Shown piece after piece: positions 41,950-53,229 of a stretch of DNA of 64,000 nucleotides (position 1 is its first letter; each line of letters starts with the position of its first letter). Made by a program: the position numbers and the translations under genes. The stretch is from Lytechinus pictus (lineage: Eukaryota), in assembly GCF_037042905.1 (NCBI RefSeq), contig NC_087250.1, forward strand, positions 24,802,001 to 24,866,000, given 5' to 3'. The notes under the pieces are model-generated. The model saw nothing but the letters and a program-made list of their open reading frames with translations. It was not told the origin of the DNA and searched no databases.

Positions 41950-43093
41950 TTTTTGTCTCGCCTGCATAGCAGAGTGAGACAATAGGCGCCATTTTTCCGA
42001 TGACGGCGGCGGTGGCGTCAACACCAAATCTTAACCAAAGGTTAAGTTTTTTAAATAACAGCATAACTTAGAAAGTATATGGACCTAGTTCGTGAAACTT
42101 GGCCACCAGTATAATATCCTGCCTGAGTTTCAGGTCACATGACCAAGGTCAAAGGTCATTTAGGGTCAACGTACTAAGACCATGTTGGGGGAATCAACAT
42201 CAAAATCTTAACTCTTTTTGATGTCATCATACTTAGAAAATATATGGACCTAATTCATGAAACTTGGACATAGTGTTAATCAAGTATTACTAAATATCCT
42301 GCCTGAGTTTCAAGTCACATGACCAAGGTCAAAGGTCATTTAGGGTCAATGAACTTCGGCCAAGTTGGGGGTATTGAATTGCCATCATAACTTTGAAAGT
42401 TTATGAATCTGATTCATGAAACCTGGACTTAAGAGTAATCACTGAACATCCTGTGTGAGTTTGAGGTCACATGATCAAGGTCAAAGGTCAATGAACTTTG
42501 GCCAAGTTGGGGGTATTTGTTGAATTATCATCATAACTTTGAAAGTTTATTGGTCTAGTTCATAAAACTTGGACATAGGAGTAATCGAGTATCACTGAAC
42601 ATCCTGTGCGAATTTCAGGTCACATGACCAAGGTCAAATGTCATTGAACTTTGGCAATGTTGGGGGTATCTGTTGAATTACCATCATAACTGAATGTTTA
42701 TGGATCTGATTCATGAAACTTGGACATAAGATTAACCAAGTATCACTGAACATTCTGTGTGAATTTCAGGTTACATAATCAAGGTCAAAGGTCATTTAAG
42801 GTCAATGAACTTTGGGAATTTTGGAGGTAATTATTACATTGCTGTCATAACTTTCAAAGTTTATAGATACAGTTTATAAAATGTGGATATAAGGGTAATC
42901 AAGTATCACTGACAAGTCTTAGGTCACATGATCAAGGTCAAATGTCATTTATTGTCAATGAACATACATAGTATTGTATCATTATGTGAATGATGTTTTT
43001 ATGAATAATTATTTCATAGTTGTTTTCAAAGTCAGCATTGCTGCTATATTGAATCGCGTGATGCAGGTGAGACTGCCAGAGGCGCTCCACCTT
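41950..43093 (+). mobile_element. HINE/Tsp-like (Helentron-associated type) element with about 6 internal 150-180-bp tandem repeats
   Basis: T-rich ends, subterminal inverted repeats GTCTCGCCTGCAT / ATGCAGGTGAGAC, a (GGC)n tract and central repeats containing GGTCACATGACCAAGGTCAAAGGTCA. Further copies at 48124-48805 and 50938-51157 (truncated). Confidence 0.75.
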
Positions 43094-43184
43094 TTAATGT
43101 TAAAAAACACTTCAGTGTTTTAGAAATTGGTAGCAATGGAAATTAGACAAAATTTTGGTAATTTTGACAAGTAATTTGATGATG

Positions 43185-45034
43185 TTTTTATACGCCTGTC
43201 TCGACGGGATGTATTATGGTATCACGCTCGGTGTCCATCCATCTGTCTGTCCGTTAACTTTTCCTTGTAAACGCGATTAATTCACTTTAACTTAATTTAG
43301 GCTCATATAATTTGGTGTGTATGATACTAGCATGGATCAAAGGAAGTCTATTGATTTTGAGGTCAAAAGGTCAAGGTCACAGTGACACATTTTCCTCATA
43401 ATACCCTTCTGCAGTCCTTGTAAAAGCGATAACTTTAGTTTAACTTAACTTAGGCTCATATACTTTGGCGTGTATGATACTTGCATGGATCCCAGGAAGC
43501 CTATTGATTTTGAGGTCAAAAGGCCAAAGGTCAAGGCCACAGTGACATATTTTCATCTTACCACTCTGCAGTCCTTGTAACGCGATAACTTCAGTTTAAC
43601 ATACATGTAATCTAGGCTCATATCATTCGGTGTGTATGATACTAGCATGGATCCCAGGAAGCCTTTTGATTTTGAGGTCAAGGTCATGCATGTTTTCATC
43701 TTACCCTTATAAAGTCTTTGTACAAGTAAATGCGATAACTTCAGTTTAACTTAACCTAAGCTCATATAATTTGGTGTATATGATACTAGCATGGATCCCA
43801 GTAAGCCTATTGATTTTGAGGTCCAAAGGTCAAGGTCACAGTGCCAAGATTTCATCATACCCTTCTGCAGTCCTTGTAAACACGATAACTTAAAGGAGAA
43901 TGAAACCCTTGAAACCAGCTGAATCCATATCAAAGAGAAAAATCAAAGAAACATATTGTTGAAAGTTTGAGGAAGATTGAATGAATAATAAGAAAGTTAT
44001 GAGCATTTGAAAATTGAGATCACTAATGCCATGTAGATCCTCCCATTGGCAATGCAACCAAGATCTGTGATGTCACACACGTACAACTCCCTCATTACTT
44101 TAGTACTTATTTCACTTATATTCTCACTTTTATAGAGTCTATCACAAGATGAGATGTTCTCTTTATGAGAGGACAAGTACAGAGGTTTCACAACATTATA
44201 TCAATGATGAATCGTTTGTCATATGATTAGAATGAGCAAAAAGAGATGTTTTGGGGTACATTTTCAGTGTCCAAAAGGGGAGAGTTGTCCAGTTTTGGAC
44301 ACTGAAAATATACCCCAAAACATCTCTTTTTGCTCATTCTAATCATAATGACAAACGATTCATCAATGATATAATGTTGTGAAACCTCTGTACTTGTCCT
44401 CTCATAAAGAGAACACCTCACCTTGTGATAGACTCTATAAAAGTGAGAATATAAGTGAAATAAGTACTAAAGTAATGAGGGAGTTGTACGTGTGTGACAT
44501 CACAGATCTTGGTCGCATTGCCAATGGGAGGATCTACATGGCATTAGTGATCTCAATATTCAAATGCTCATAACTTTCTTATTATTCATTCAATCTTCCT
44601 CAAACTTTCAACAATATGTTTCTTTGATTTTTCTCTTTTATATGGATTCAGCTGGTTTCAAGGGTTTCATTCTCCTTTAAGTTTTAACTTAATTTAGGCT
44701 CATATAATTTGGCGTGTTTGGTACTTGCTTGGATCCCAGGAAGCCTATTGATTTTGGGGTCAAAAGATCAAAGGTCAAGGTCACAATGACATGTTATATC
44801 TTACCCTTCTGCAGTCCTTGTAAATGTGATAACTTCAGTTTAACTTAACCAAGGCTCATATTAGTTGGTGTGTATGATGCTAGCAGAGATCCCAGGAATT
44901 CTATTGATTTTGAGTTTAGAAGGTCAAAGGTGAAGTCACCACCTTCCACTTTTCTTGCTTGAACAATAAATCCATTTTCCACATTACAGGCGGGTGTATA
45001 TTAAAGCTCGCTTTAGTTTAGCGACACTCTTGTT
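43185..45034 (+). mobile_element. Second HINE-like family element with about 150-bp repeats, interrupted by a foldback MITE
   Basis: TTTTTATACGCCTGT ... ACAGGCG...CTCTTGTT, with a (TCCA/TCTG)n tract and repeated GCATGGATCCCAGGAAGCCTATTGATTTTGAGGTCA. Confidence 0.75.
43894..44676. mobile_element. Foldback TTAA-flanked (Kolobok-like) MITE: about 383-bp near-perfect TIRs with a 16-bp spacer
   Basis: TTAA|AGGAGAATGAAACCC ... GGGTTTCATTCTCCT|TTAA. Arms 43894-44276 and 44293-44676. Mirror ORFs 43997..44191(-) and 44379..44573(+). Confidence 0.93.
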
Positions 45035-45620
45035 AAGTGTATGAAAGCATTGATTTCACCACTGCAGCATTCATAGTTTTTTATTCCTTGTATGGATTCA
45101 TATTTCTCTTTTATTCCATCTTTTACAGAGCAAACTTCCTAATGGATTGTGGTGTATGGAGCAATAGTGTGATGCTGCTGGCCAGATACATGGAGGTAAA
45201 GTGTTATGTTTGCATTCCTGTTAATGGATGGATAGTTCTATATTCAAGCCGTCATGCTTTTATTTGCAGTGCAAACTTGGGTGCTTGAAATGGGTTTGGT
45301 CACTGTGAAACCCGGAATGGTGGCTGGCTGTTTGATGTGCAAATACATGTAGTAAGAATTCATCTCATCATCATTTCGATTGCAGGAACTATCTTTATTT
45401 GGTTAGTCCTGCAGGATTTAAAAACTTACCTGTATATAATTATATGTGACATGTTTGTATGATAAGACATGGTGCATAAAATCTGTTGTGGTCTAGCCTG
45501 AATAAAGCCAAATCTGCTGTACGCTGGTTTCTTTACCACCCATGTTGAAACACTTTTCAGCTTCTGCATGCTTTTTTCTAATTTTGCCCATAGATTTGTG
45601 TAGAGAAGGTAGTTATGTCC

Positions 45621-46668
45621 CTGGGGTGGTATTCTGAGGTCGTTTTATCTTTGAAATATTTTATTTTATCTTTTAAAATGAAATTGGTATTCTGAGATGA
45701 CATTTTATCTCTCAGATACAATTTACAATTTCATCTTGAGTATCTATGATGATGCGCAACAGAGCTGTTATGATTGGGAAATCATAGTTATACTAAAGTG
45801 AAAGGACTTTAGATAATTTCTGTGATACTTCTTTGTGTGAGACATCACAAGATGATGGCTCAGGTAACCACACATTCCAATGAGATGAAGTACTCTCTCT
45901 ATCCATGCTAAAATGAAAGTTAATTGTACAAATGAGTTTAGATCCAATAAATTATTCGAACTATACACACGTGTCTCTCAAGCCTCCTAAATATTGTGTA
46001 ACTGGAACTCTACAAAAGCAATGGCTGCGTAGACATACACATCGCGTATCTGGCCATTGCAACGCGGGTGATGTGCTTGCGCCCAAGTAACTTTGAAGAA
46101 AAAATAAAATAAATTTAAAAGAGGGTAGGGGCTATTTTATCTCTGCGACGTTGATTTCGTCAATATTTCTAGATGAATTAACTCCAAATGTTGACATGAA
46201 AAGGAAGAAAATTCATATGTTTATTGAGAACAACACCTCAATGTTATTCCTGTACATTCAGGAAGTATTTCATAAGACTTTTCTTGACTAAATATTGTAT
46301 TTGAAATGATGATTGAAAAGATGCATATAGACTTCGAAAAAAAGATGAGAGTATCGTCATTCTTGTTAAAAAGAAATCTCTGTAAAGACGTGAAGCATAT
46401 AGTGCAAGCGTATTAAAGTCAATAAATTGACTTCAAATAGATAAATGGATTTCCATTGGTTGAGTGATATGAGAGAGCTATTAAAGCATGTTTCCAATTG
46501 GATATTGATTAAAAAATAGGTGTGTCTTACAGAGATAAAGTGAAGATAAAATTGTTCTCAGAATACCAATTCGGAGAGATTTTAAGGGTATTTTATCTCA
46601 TTGATTTTAACGGAGATAAAATATTTTATTTTATCTGAAATAAAATGGATCTCAGAATACCACCCCAG
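45621..46668. mobile_element. Non-autonomous DNA element with CTGGGGTGGTATTCTGAG termini
   Basis: TIR CTGGGGTGGTATTCTGAG / CTCAGAATACCACCCCAG, with subterminal TTTTATCT / AGATAAAA repeats. Confidence 0.75.
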
Positions 46669-46772
46669 TTTTCATCTTTTTGGAATCCTTTGTCCCTGTT
46701 TATGGACCTCCAATGTTGGCGATTATGCACTCATTCTATGAGTGGTTTAATGTTGATGAGGTTTGGGGCCAT

Positions 46773-46947
46773 GGGGCCGTTTCATAAAGCTGTTCGTAAG
46801 TTAAGAGTGACTTTTAGAACGACTGGTGAACATTTCTTACGCGCTAAACCATCGCCAATAAACATACCGTTTACCACAAGAAAGAATCACCAGTCGTTCT
46901 TAAAGTCGCTCTTATCTTACGAACAGCTTTATGAAACACCCACCTGG
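46773..46947. mobile_element. Short palindromic MITE (GGGCCSGTTKCATAAA group; relatives at about 31260, 32020, 36918 and 53480)
   Basis: GTTTCATAAAGCTGTTCGTAAG ... CTTACGAACAGCTTTATGAAAC. Confidence 0.75.
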
Positions 46948-48123
46948 TTATTTGGCGTGTCTGGTGTACCTGCACCTTGAAGGCCATGACAGGAAACCAT
47001 TCACTGGCCATGGTGTTAAAACACCCTAGTTATACCTGTATAACACCCTGGGGACCACTGTGAAAGCATGTAGTTCCTTTCTGCGCATGATCAGAGGAAG
47101 GTCATTTGTACTAACGTGACATGGTGGTTTAAAATCTAATGAGATAAGCGCCAACTTTGATGTCTTGATTATTCATATATTCTTTTGAATAGTGGTTTTC
47201 ATTTACATCCACAAAAAACAACAAGGCGTCCATGAACGACTGGTATTTCACAGTTTGCTAAGTACATTGTGCAACATGCTATGATATGCATTCAAAGTAG
47301 GAATGCAACAAATACCTTCATAAAGTGTTCATTGGTGTGCTATTCTAGTCACCTGGTCTATTCAATTTCTTCATCCTGCTATGTAAGGCAAGCTTACGTA
47401 ATATCTTGCTTTGAAATCTGCCTATCATAATGAAAGAAATGAAAGGTCATTTGACTAAAATTGTCCATGATTAACTACGAACTGGTCTATAGTCGGGGAG
47501 AGATGTAGCATGAACCCCCCTCCCCGCATTGATCATTGGAAAAACTTGGATAATGACATATATCCAAATCTACACAGTGAAAACTATTATGGTGTTTATT
47601 GGTGTACATACATGTATAGGGCCACGCCAGTCATTTTAATTTGTTGTTATTTCAACACCTATGGATGTTATTGTTATTTCAACACCTTTGGTTGTTACTT
47701 TTACACCCTTAAGTGTTGTATCAATCTCTTTGGTGTAATTTTAACATCTCAGGGTGTGTTCCTCTATGAACACCAACTGGTGTCGGCTTTTAACACCCTG
47801 TTTTTAAAGTGTTCACATATCTGAATAATTCAGTGATTTATCGATGCATGGTGCTATGTAGTTGAGGATGAGTTAACTTGTGAAAATTTATAACCTTCAA
47901 AGTTTTTTTATTTCATGTTTTTGCAGCTACATGAAATTGGTATATATACACATGAACATATTCTGTTATACCATGTGATACAAAGTGAGAATAGAAAGTA
48001 GAATATTGAATCCCTGCTAATCATAACTTGCCATCAGATTCATATTGTTTATCTTCCTTTCCATTAGTGAATAAGCTTGATGTGGATTCACGTACTATGC
48101 AATATCTTTGTTTTTTATCAGAG

Positions 48124-48805
48124 TTTTTGTCTCACAAGTTTTTGAAATGTCATCATAACTTAGAAAATATATGGACCTAGTTCATGAAACTTGGACATAC
48201 ATAAGGTTAATCAAGTATCACTGAACATCCTGCATGAGTTTCACGTCACATGACCAAGGTCAAAGGTCATTTAGGGTCAATGAACTTTGGCCGAATTGGG
48301 GGTATCTCTAATCTGTTGAATTACCATCATAACTTTAAAAGTTTATGGATCTGATTCATGAAACTTGGACATAATAGTAATCAAGTATTACTGAACATCC
48401 TGTGGAAGATTCAGGTCACATGATCAAGGTCAAAGGTCATTTAGGGTCAATGAACTTTGGCCAAATGGGGGGTAATTGTTGAATTACCATCATAACTTTG
48501 AAAGTATGTTGGTCTAGTTCATAAAACTTGGACATAAGAGTAATCAAGTATCACTGAACATCCTGTGCGCATTTTAGGTCGCATGACCAAAGTCAAAGGT
48601 CAATTAACTTTGGCCATAATGGGGGTATCTATTGAATTACCATCAAAACTTTGAAAGTTTATGGATCTGACTCGTGAAACTTGGACATAAGAGTTATCAA
48701 GTATCACTGAACATCTTGTGCGAGTTATAGTAGTTTTCAAAGTCAGCACAGCTGCTATATTGAATCGCGTGATGCAGGTGAGACCGCCAGAGGCATTCCA
48801 CTTGT
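48124..48805 (+). mobile_element. HINE/Tsp-like element, internally deleted copy of 41950-43093
   Basis: Same tandem unit and same 3' end GATGCAGGTGAGACCGCCAGAGGCATTCCACTTGTT. Confidence 0.78.
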
Positions 48806-50073
48806 TCTTTCTTTAGCATTTCTTGTGTAAAGATTGCTGAGTGGCGCATTTATGTAGAATGTAATATACATGCTGCGGTTATACCGTTATTAATGTGAGC
48901 CCTGTAATACCATAAATTTGTATTTGCTCATACATGAACGTTTTCCTATATCATTGCTATTACTCTGTAATCTATAAATTTGGAATTTTGATTTAAAGTA
49001 TTTGTGCCCATTTATAACACATGTATACACAAACTTTAATAGCTTGTCCACCCAAACAAAAAGTTGCATCGAAAAGCACTGGAAACTTCACCCCCCCCCC
49101 CCCAAAAAAAAAAATCAACTTTTGTTATGTCCATATTTTTGGCAGTATGCAAAATTGCAAATGAGTGAGCAGATGATGTCACACATTAGTCTCTTTTGTA
49201 TTTTCAAACAGTCTGACCCCCCCCCCACCCAATATCATAAAACTCGGTTTAATTATAGTCTCTCAAGCCTTCAAATACCCATTATTACCTAGGGTGTATG
49301 TAAAGCTAAAATATGTAATGATGGTTTCTCCTATCCTTTGCCGTCTCAGGAATCCTGACATAATTTAAAAGCCACTTAAAATATTTAAGTTTTTTTTAGT
49401 CTGTCACAGAAAATTGATTCCCCCTCTTTTTTGCAGGTAAATTATGACTAAAATAGTGTGATTTCATTTGAAATTAGTTTTTTTTTAAAGACAACACGAA
49501 TACAGCATGCTTCATAGACATTTATTAGTCCAAATTGTGAAGAAGGTGAGAGAAATTTACTCTTGACACTTTTCTTGATGTTACATTATTATACATTGTT
49601 TAGCATTCAAGTGATAATACATTTCTCTATATGAGTACATGTAGCAGAAGTGTTAAAAGACTAAGCTTCTAATATACATGTATGATTTACGTATTAACAA
49701 AACACAATGTACATGTACATCTTTCTTTAGAATAAGATTTGGTTTACAGGCACAAACCTTTAAACATTTTGAACTAGTTATTTGTAAAGACACTCGAGAT
49801 ATAGCATCTATTAAAAAAGTTCTCACATGTTTGCTGATCAATGGAGTCAATCATACAATGTATGCACATTCTCCAGATTAATGTACATAATCAATGCATA
49901 TATCAAGAAACCCATTTGTATTTTAAATTTAGGAACAATATCAATTGATGAAATCCTGACTACCCTTAGAAATAAGTATATGTAACCCATAAATTACATA
50001 TATATTCCGAAATTACAGTTCACATATTATTTTGAAAAGAAAACAATTTTTTTTATCCCACTGCCCACCTTAA

Positions 50074-50605
50074 AGGACAAGTCCACCCCAACAAAAAGTT
50101 CATTTGAATCAAGAGAAAAATCCAACAAGCATGACACTGAAAAGTTCATCAAAATCGGATGTAAAATAAGAAAGTTATGACATTTTTAAGTTTCACTTAA
50201 TTTCACATAATAGTTATATGCACATCCTGGTTGGTATGCAAATGAGCAGACTGATGGCATCATCCACTCACTATTTATTTTGTATTTTATTATATATATT
50301 AAATATTCTCATTTTTTCATTGTCAAGTGAAACAATTAATTCCTCCCTGAGCATGTTAAATTAGCATTGTGTAAGCTATTACTATATGGTTCAGTCAAGG
50401 TGGACAGTTGGTCCTCATTGTCAAATCTGTAAAAGTGAAGGACATCATTGACATTGTGCATATTACTGTTTGGTGAAAAATAAGCAAAACTTCAAAATGT
50501 CATAACTTTCTTATTTAACATCTAATGTTGATAACATTTATGCTACTTTGATTAAAATTCTCTATTCCTTAAAAATCAACATTTCTCTGGGGTGGACTTG
50601 ACATT
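50074..50605. mobile_element. Kolobok-like MITE (family of 13345-13934)
   Basis: TTAA|AGGACAAGTCCACCCC ... GGGGTGGACTTGAC. Confidence 0.8.
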
Positions 50606-51750
50606 TCAGTATGCTTCTTTAAATTATCACATGCATAAGAAAGGTGCAATACTAATAAGTGTGCTAATCATATGCTAATAAATGACTAAAAGACTGATTA
50701 AAATTAGAAATATAAAATGTTGTAAACAAATATGCTGCACCAAATAAAATGGATTTATTTAACAATCCCATGTTTATGAATTTTGCATGTTCTTTATTTA
50801 TTGTTCTGGGCTCTCTTTTAGAGGTAAAAATAAGTAAACTTCAACACATTTTTTATTATGACCAATAATTAATCTATCAGAATTATTGGTTGGAGTTTGC
50901 AGTCGTACAAAAGTCTGAATTGTGAGGTGATCTCCCCATTTTTCTCGCCTACATAGCAGAGCGAGACTATAGGCGCCACTTTTCCGATGATGGTGGCGTC
51001 GTCGTCTTCATTGAAATCTTAACCAAGGTTAAGTTTTTGAAATGTCATCATAAATTAGAAAATGGACCTGGTTCATGAAACTTGGACATTGGGTAATCAA
51101 GTAATACTGAACATCCTGCCTGAGTTTCAGGTCACATGACCAAGGTCAAAGGTCACTGTGATTGGATATTCTGAAGCTCATTACTGGTCATTTTAGGACC
51201 TAAAACATGATTTCAATCATTCTTATTTTCAGCTTGTCAGCCAGATTATTTCAAATCAGTGCTGCCGTCTCCTTTATCAAGATGAAAACAAAACAAATCA
51301 AAAATGAAATGCTTTTGGTCAAACAACATAATTTCCTTATATTATGTGTTATATTATATTATTCCTGTGTGGTGAAAATCAGTGACGAAGAGTGTCTGTT
51401 GCCCACACTCTGTACAAATTGCCACAATACACACTAAAATTAGTGGGATCCTCATTGGAGTATCAAGACCACATCTTACAAAAAGTTGTGTTCGATCCGA
51501 TCAGACAACTATGGAAAGCCAGCGCTCAAGAATGCTGTGTGTTTCTGTTCAGAGTGTTAACGCATGCATCATTGGCCTGACAAATCAGAGTGCTCGTTCT
51601 TGTTTCCTTCGAGACCTCTATTCTGCACATTTCCTATGTTATGATTTGTTTACATTAATGGGTCAAATTATCACAGTTATTTGTGAGAAGGGGCCGCACA
51701 AATTAATATGTACTTGTTGTTTTGATGGAACAGCAGATCCACAAAATTAA

Positions 51751-52340
51751 AGGTCAAGTTCACCCCAGAAAAATGTTGATTTGAATAAACAGAGAAAAAT
51801 CAGACTAGCAAAACGCTGAGTTTCATCAAAATTGGATGTAATATAAGAAAGTTATGACATTATAGAAAATGTTGCTTATTTTTCACAAAACAGTGATATG
51901 CGCAACTCAAATGAGACGGTCGATGATGTCCCTCACTCACTATTTCTTTTGTTTTTTATTGCTTGAAATAAACAATATTTCATTTTTTATAGATTTGGCA
52001 ATAAAGTACCAACTTGACTGAATCATAAGGTATTAAACAATGCTCATTCCACATGTTAAGGGAGGAATTAATCGTTGTTTCGCTTGACATGAGGAGAAAA
52101 ATAGAATATTTCATATAATAAAATACAAAAGAAATAGTGAGTGGATGACGTCATCAGTCTCCTCATTTGCATACTGACCAGGATGTACATATAACTGTTT
52201 TGTGAAATTAAGCAAAACTTTTAAATGTCATATTTTTCTTATATTACATCCGATTTTGATGAAATTTTCAGTGTTATACTTGGATACTGGATTTTTCTAT
52301 TTTTATTTATATCAACCTTTTGTTGGGGTGGACTTGTCCT
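51751..52340. mobile_element. Kolobok-like MITE inserted in the loop of a small hairpin element
   Basis: TTAA|AGGTCAAGTTCACCCC ... GGGGTGGACTTGTCCT|TTAA. Confidence 0.88.
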
Positions 52341-52974
52341 TTAATTTTGATCGTGTGGAAAATTTTGTGGATCTGCTGTTCCATCAAAACAACAAGTACA
52401 TATGAATTTGTGTGAACCTGGTGCATGCGTAGCAAGAATGATTTCCCCAAAAATGAGAAATTTGAAGCTCTCTATCATTGGACTAAATACCACCGCACAC
52501 CTTATGACTGCTCTATAATTCAATTTCGGAATATTTTGCTTATTTTCTTGTAATATGAATGAATTCAAGATAATTTGAGATTCAAATTAACTGTAAGAAT
52601 ACTAATATATTGCAAGCCTTTAGTACGGAGTAAAAGCTTAAAGGACAAGTCCTTCCCAACAAAAAAAAATATTTTGAATAAAAAGAGAAAAATCCAACAA
52701 GCATAACACTGAAAATTTCATCAAAATCACAATATTTCTATTTATTCAAATCAACATTTTACTGGGGTGGACTTGACCTTCAATTAACTTTTATTCTAAA
52801 AAGGAGGTTGACATATTCATAGATTTAAAGAAAAAAGTTGTACAATAGATGATATGAAACCTTGCACAGTAAGATGTTCCATGTCTAAATATTCGCATCA
52901 AATGTTCCAACGTTTAATTTCGAAATCGGGTCCCAAACCAATCGTTAGGTGTGCGATGGCCTTTAGCACTGTGG

Positions 52975-53229
52975 CTACTTCTCAGCCCGGGAGGCACCGG
53001 TACTGGTGCTCTTTGTATTATTATTATCACTAGTACTGGAGGTGAGCTCCTTCTGTATTCCCAGTTTCACCTTCCACAAGGTGATGATTCGCTTGTTGTA
53101 TCCAAAAGCAAGGAGGATGAAGACACCCTGCAATGAGTTGACAGCAGTGAAGAGGTACCAGAGTTCTGGGACGTTGGCATATTCACAGATGAAGGCCAGG
53201 ATCCATGTAAAACCCATCACACCAGACAA
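52975..53229 (-). CDS. GPCR last exon (TM6-TM7 and tail)
   Basis: Acceptor ctctccatag|TTG. LSGVMGFTWILAF...NSLQGVFILLAF...RAEK*. Confidence 0.9.
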   Translation of the reverse strand: MSGVMGFTWILAFICEYANVPELWYLFTAVNSLQGVFILLAFGYNKRIITLWKVKLGIQKELTSSTSDNNNTKSTSTGASRAEK

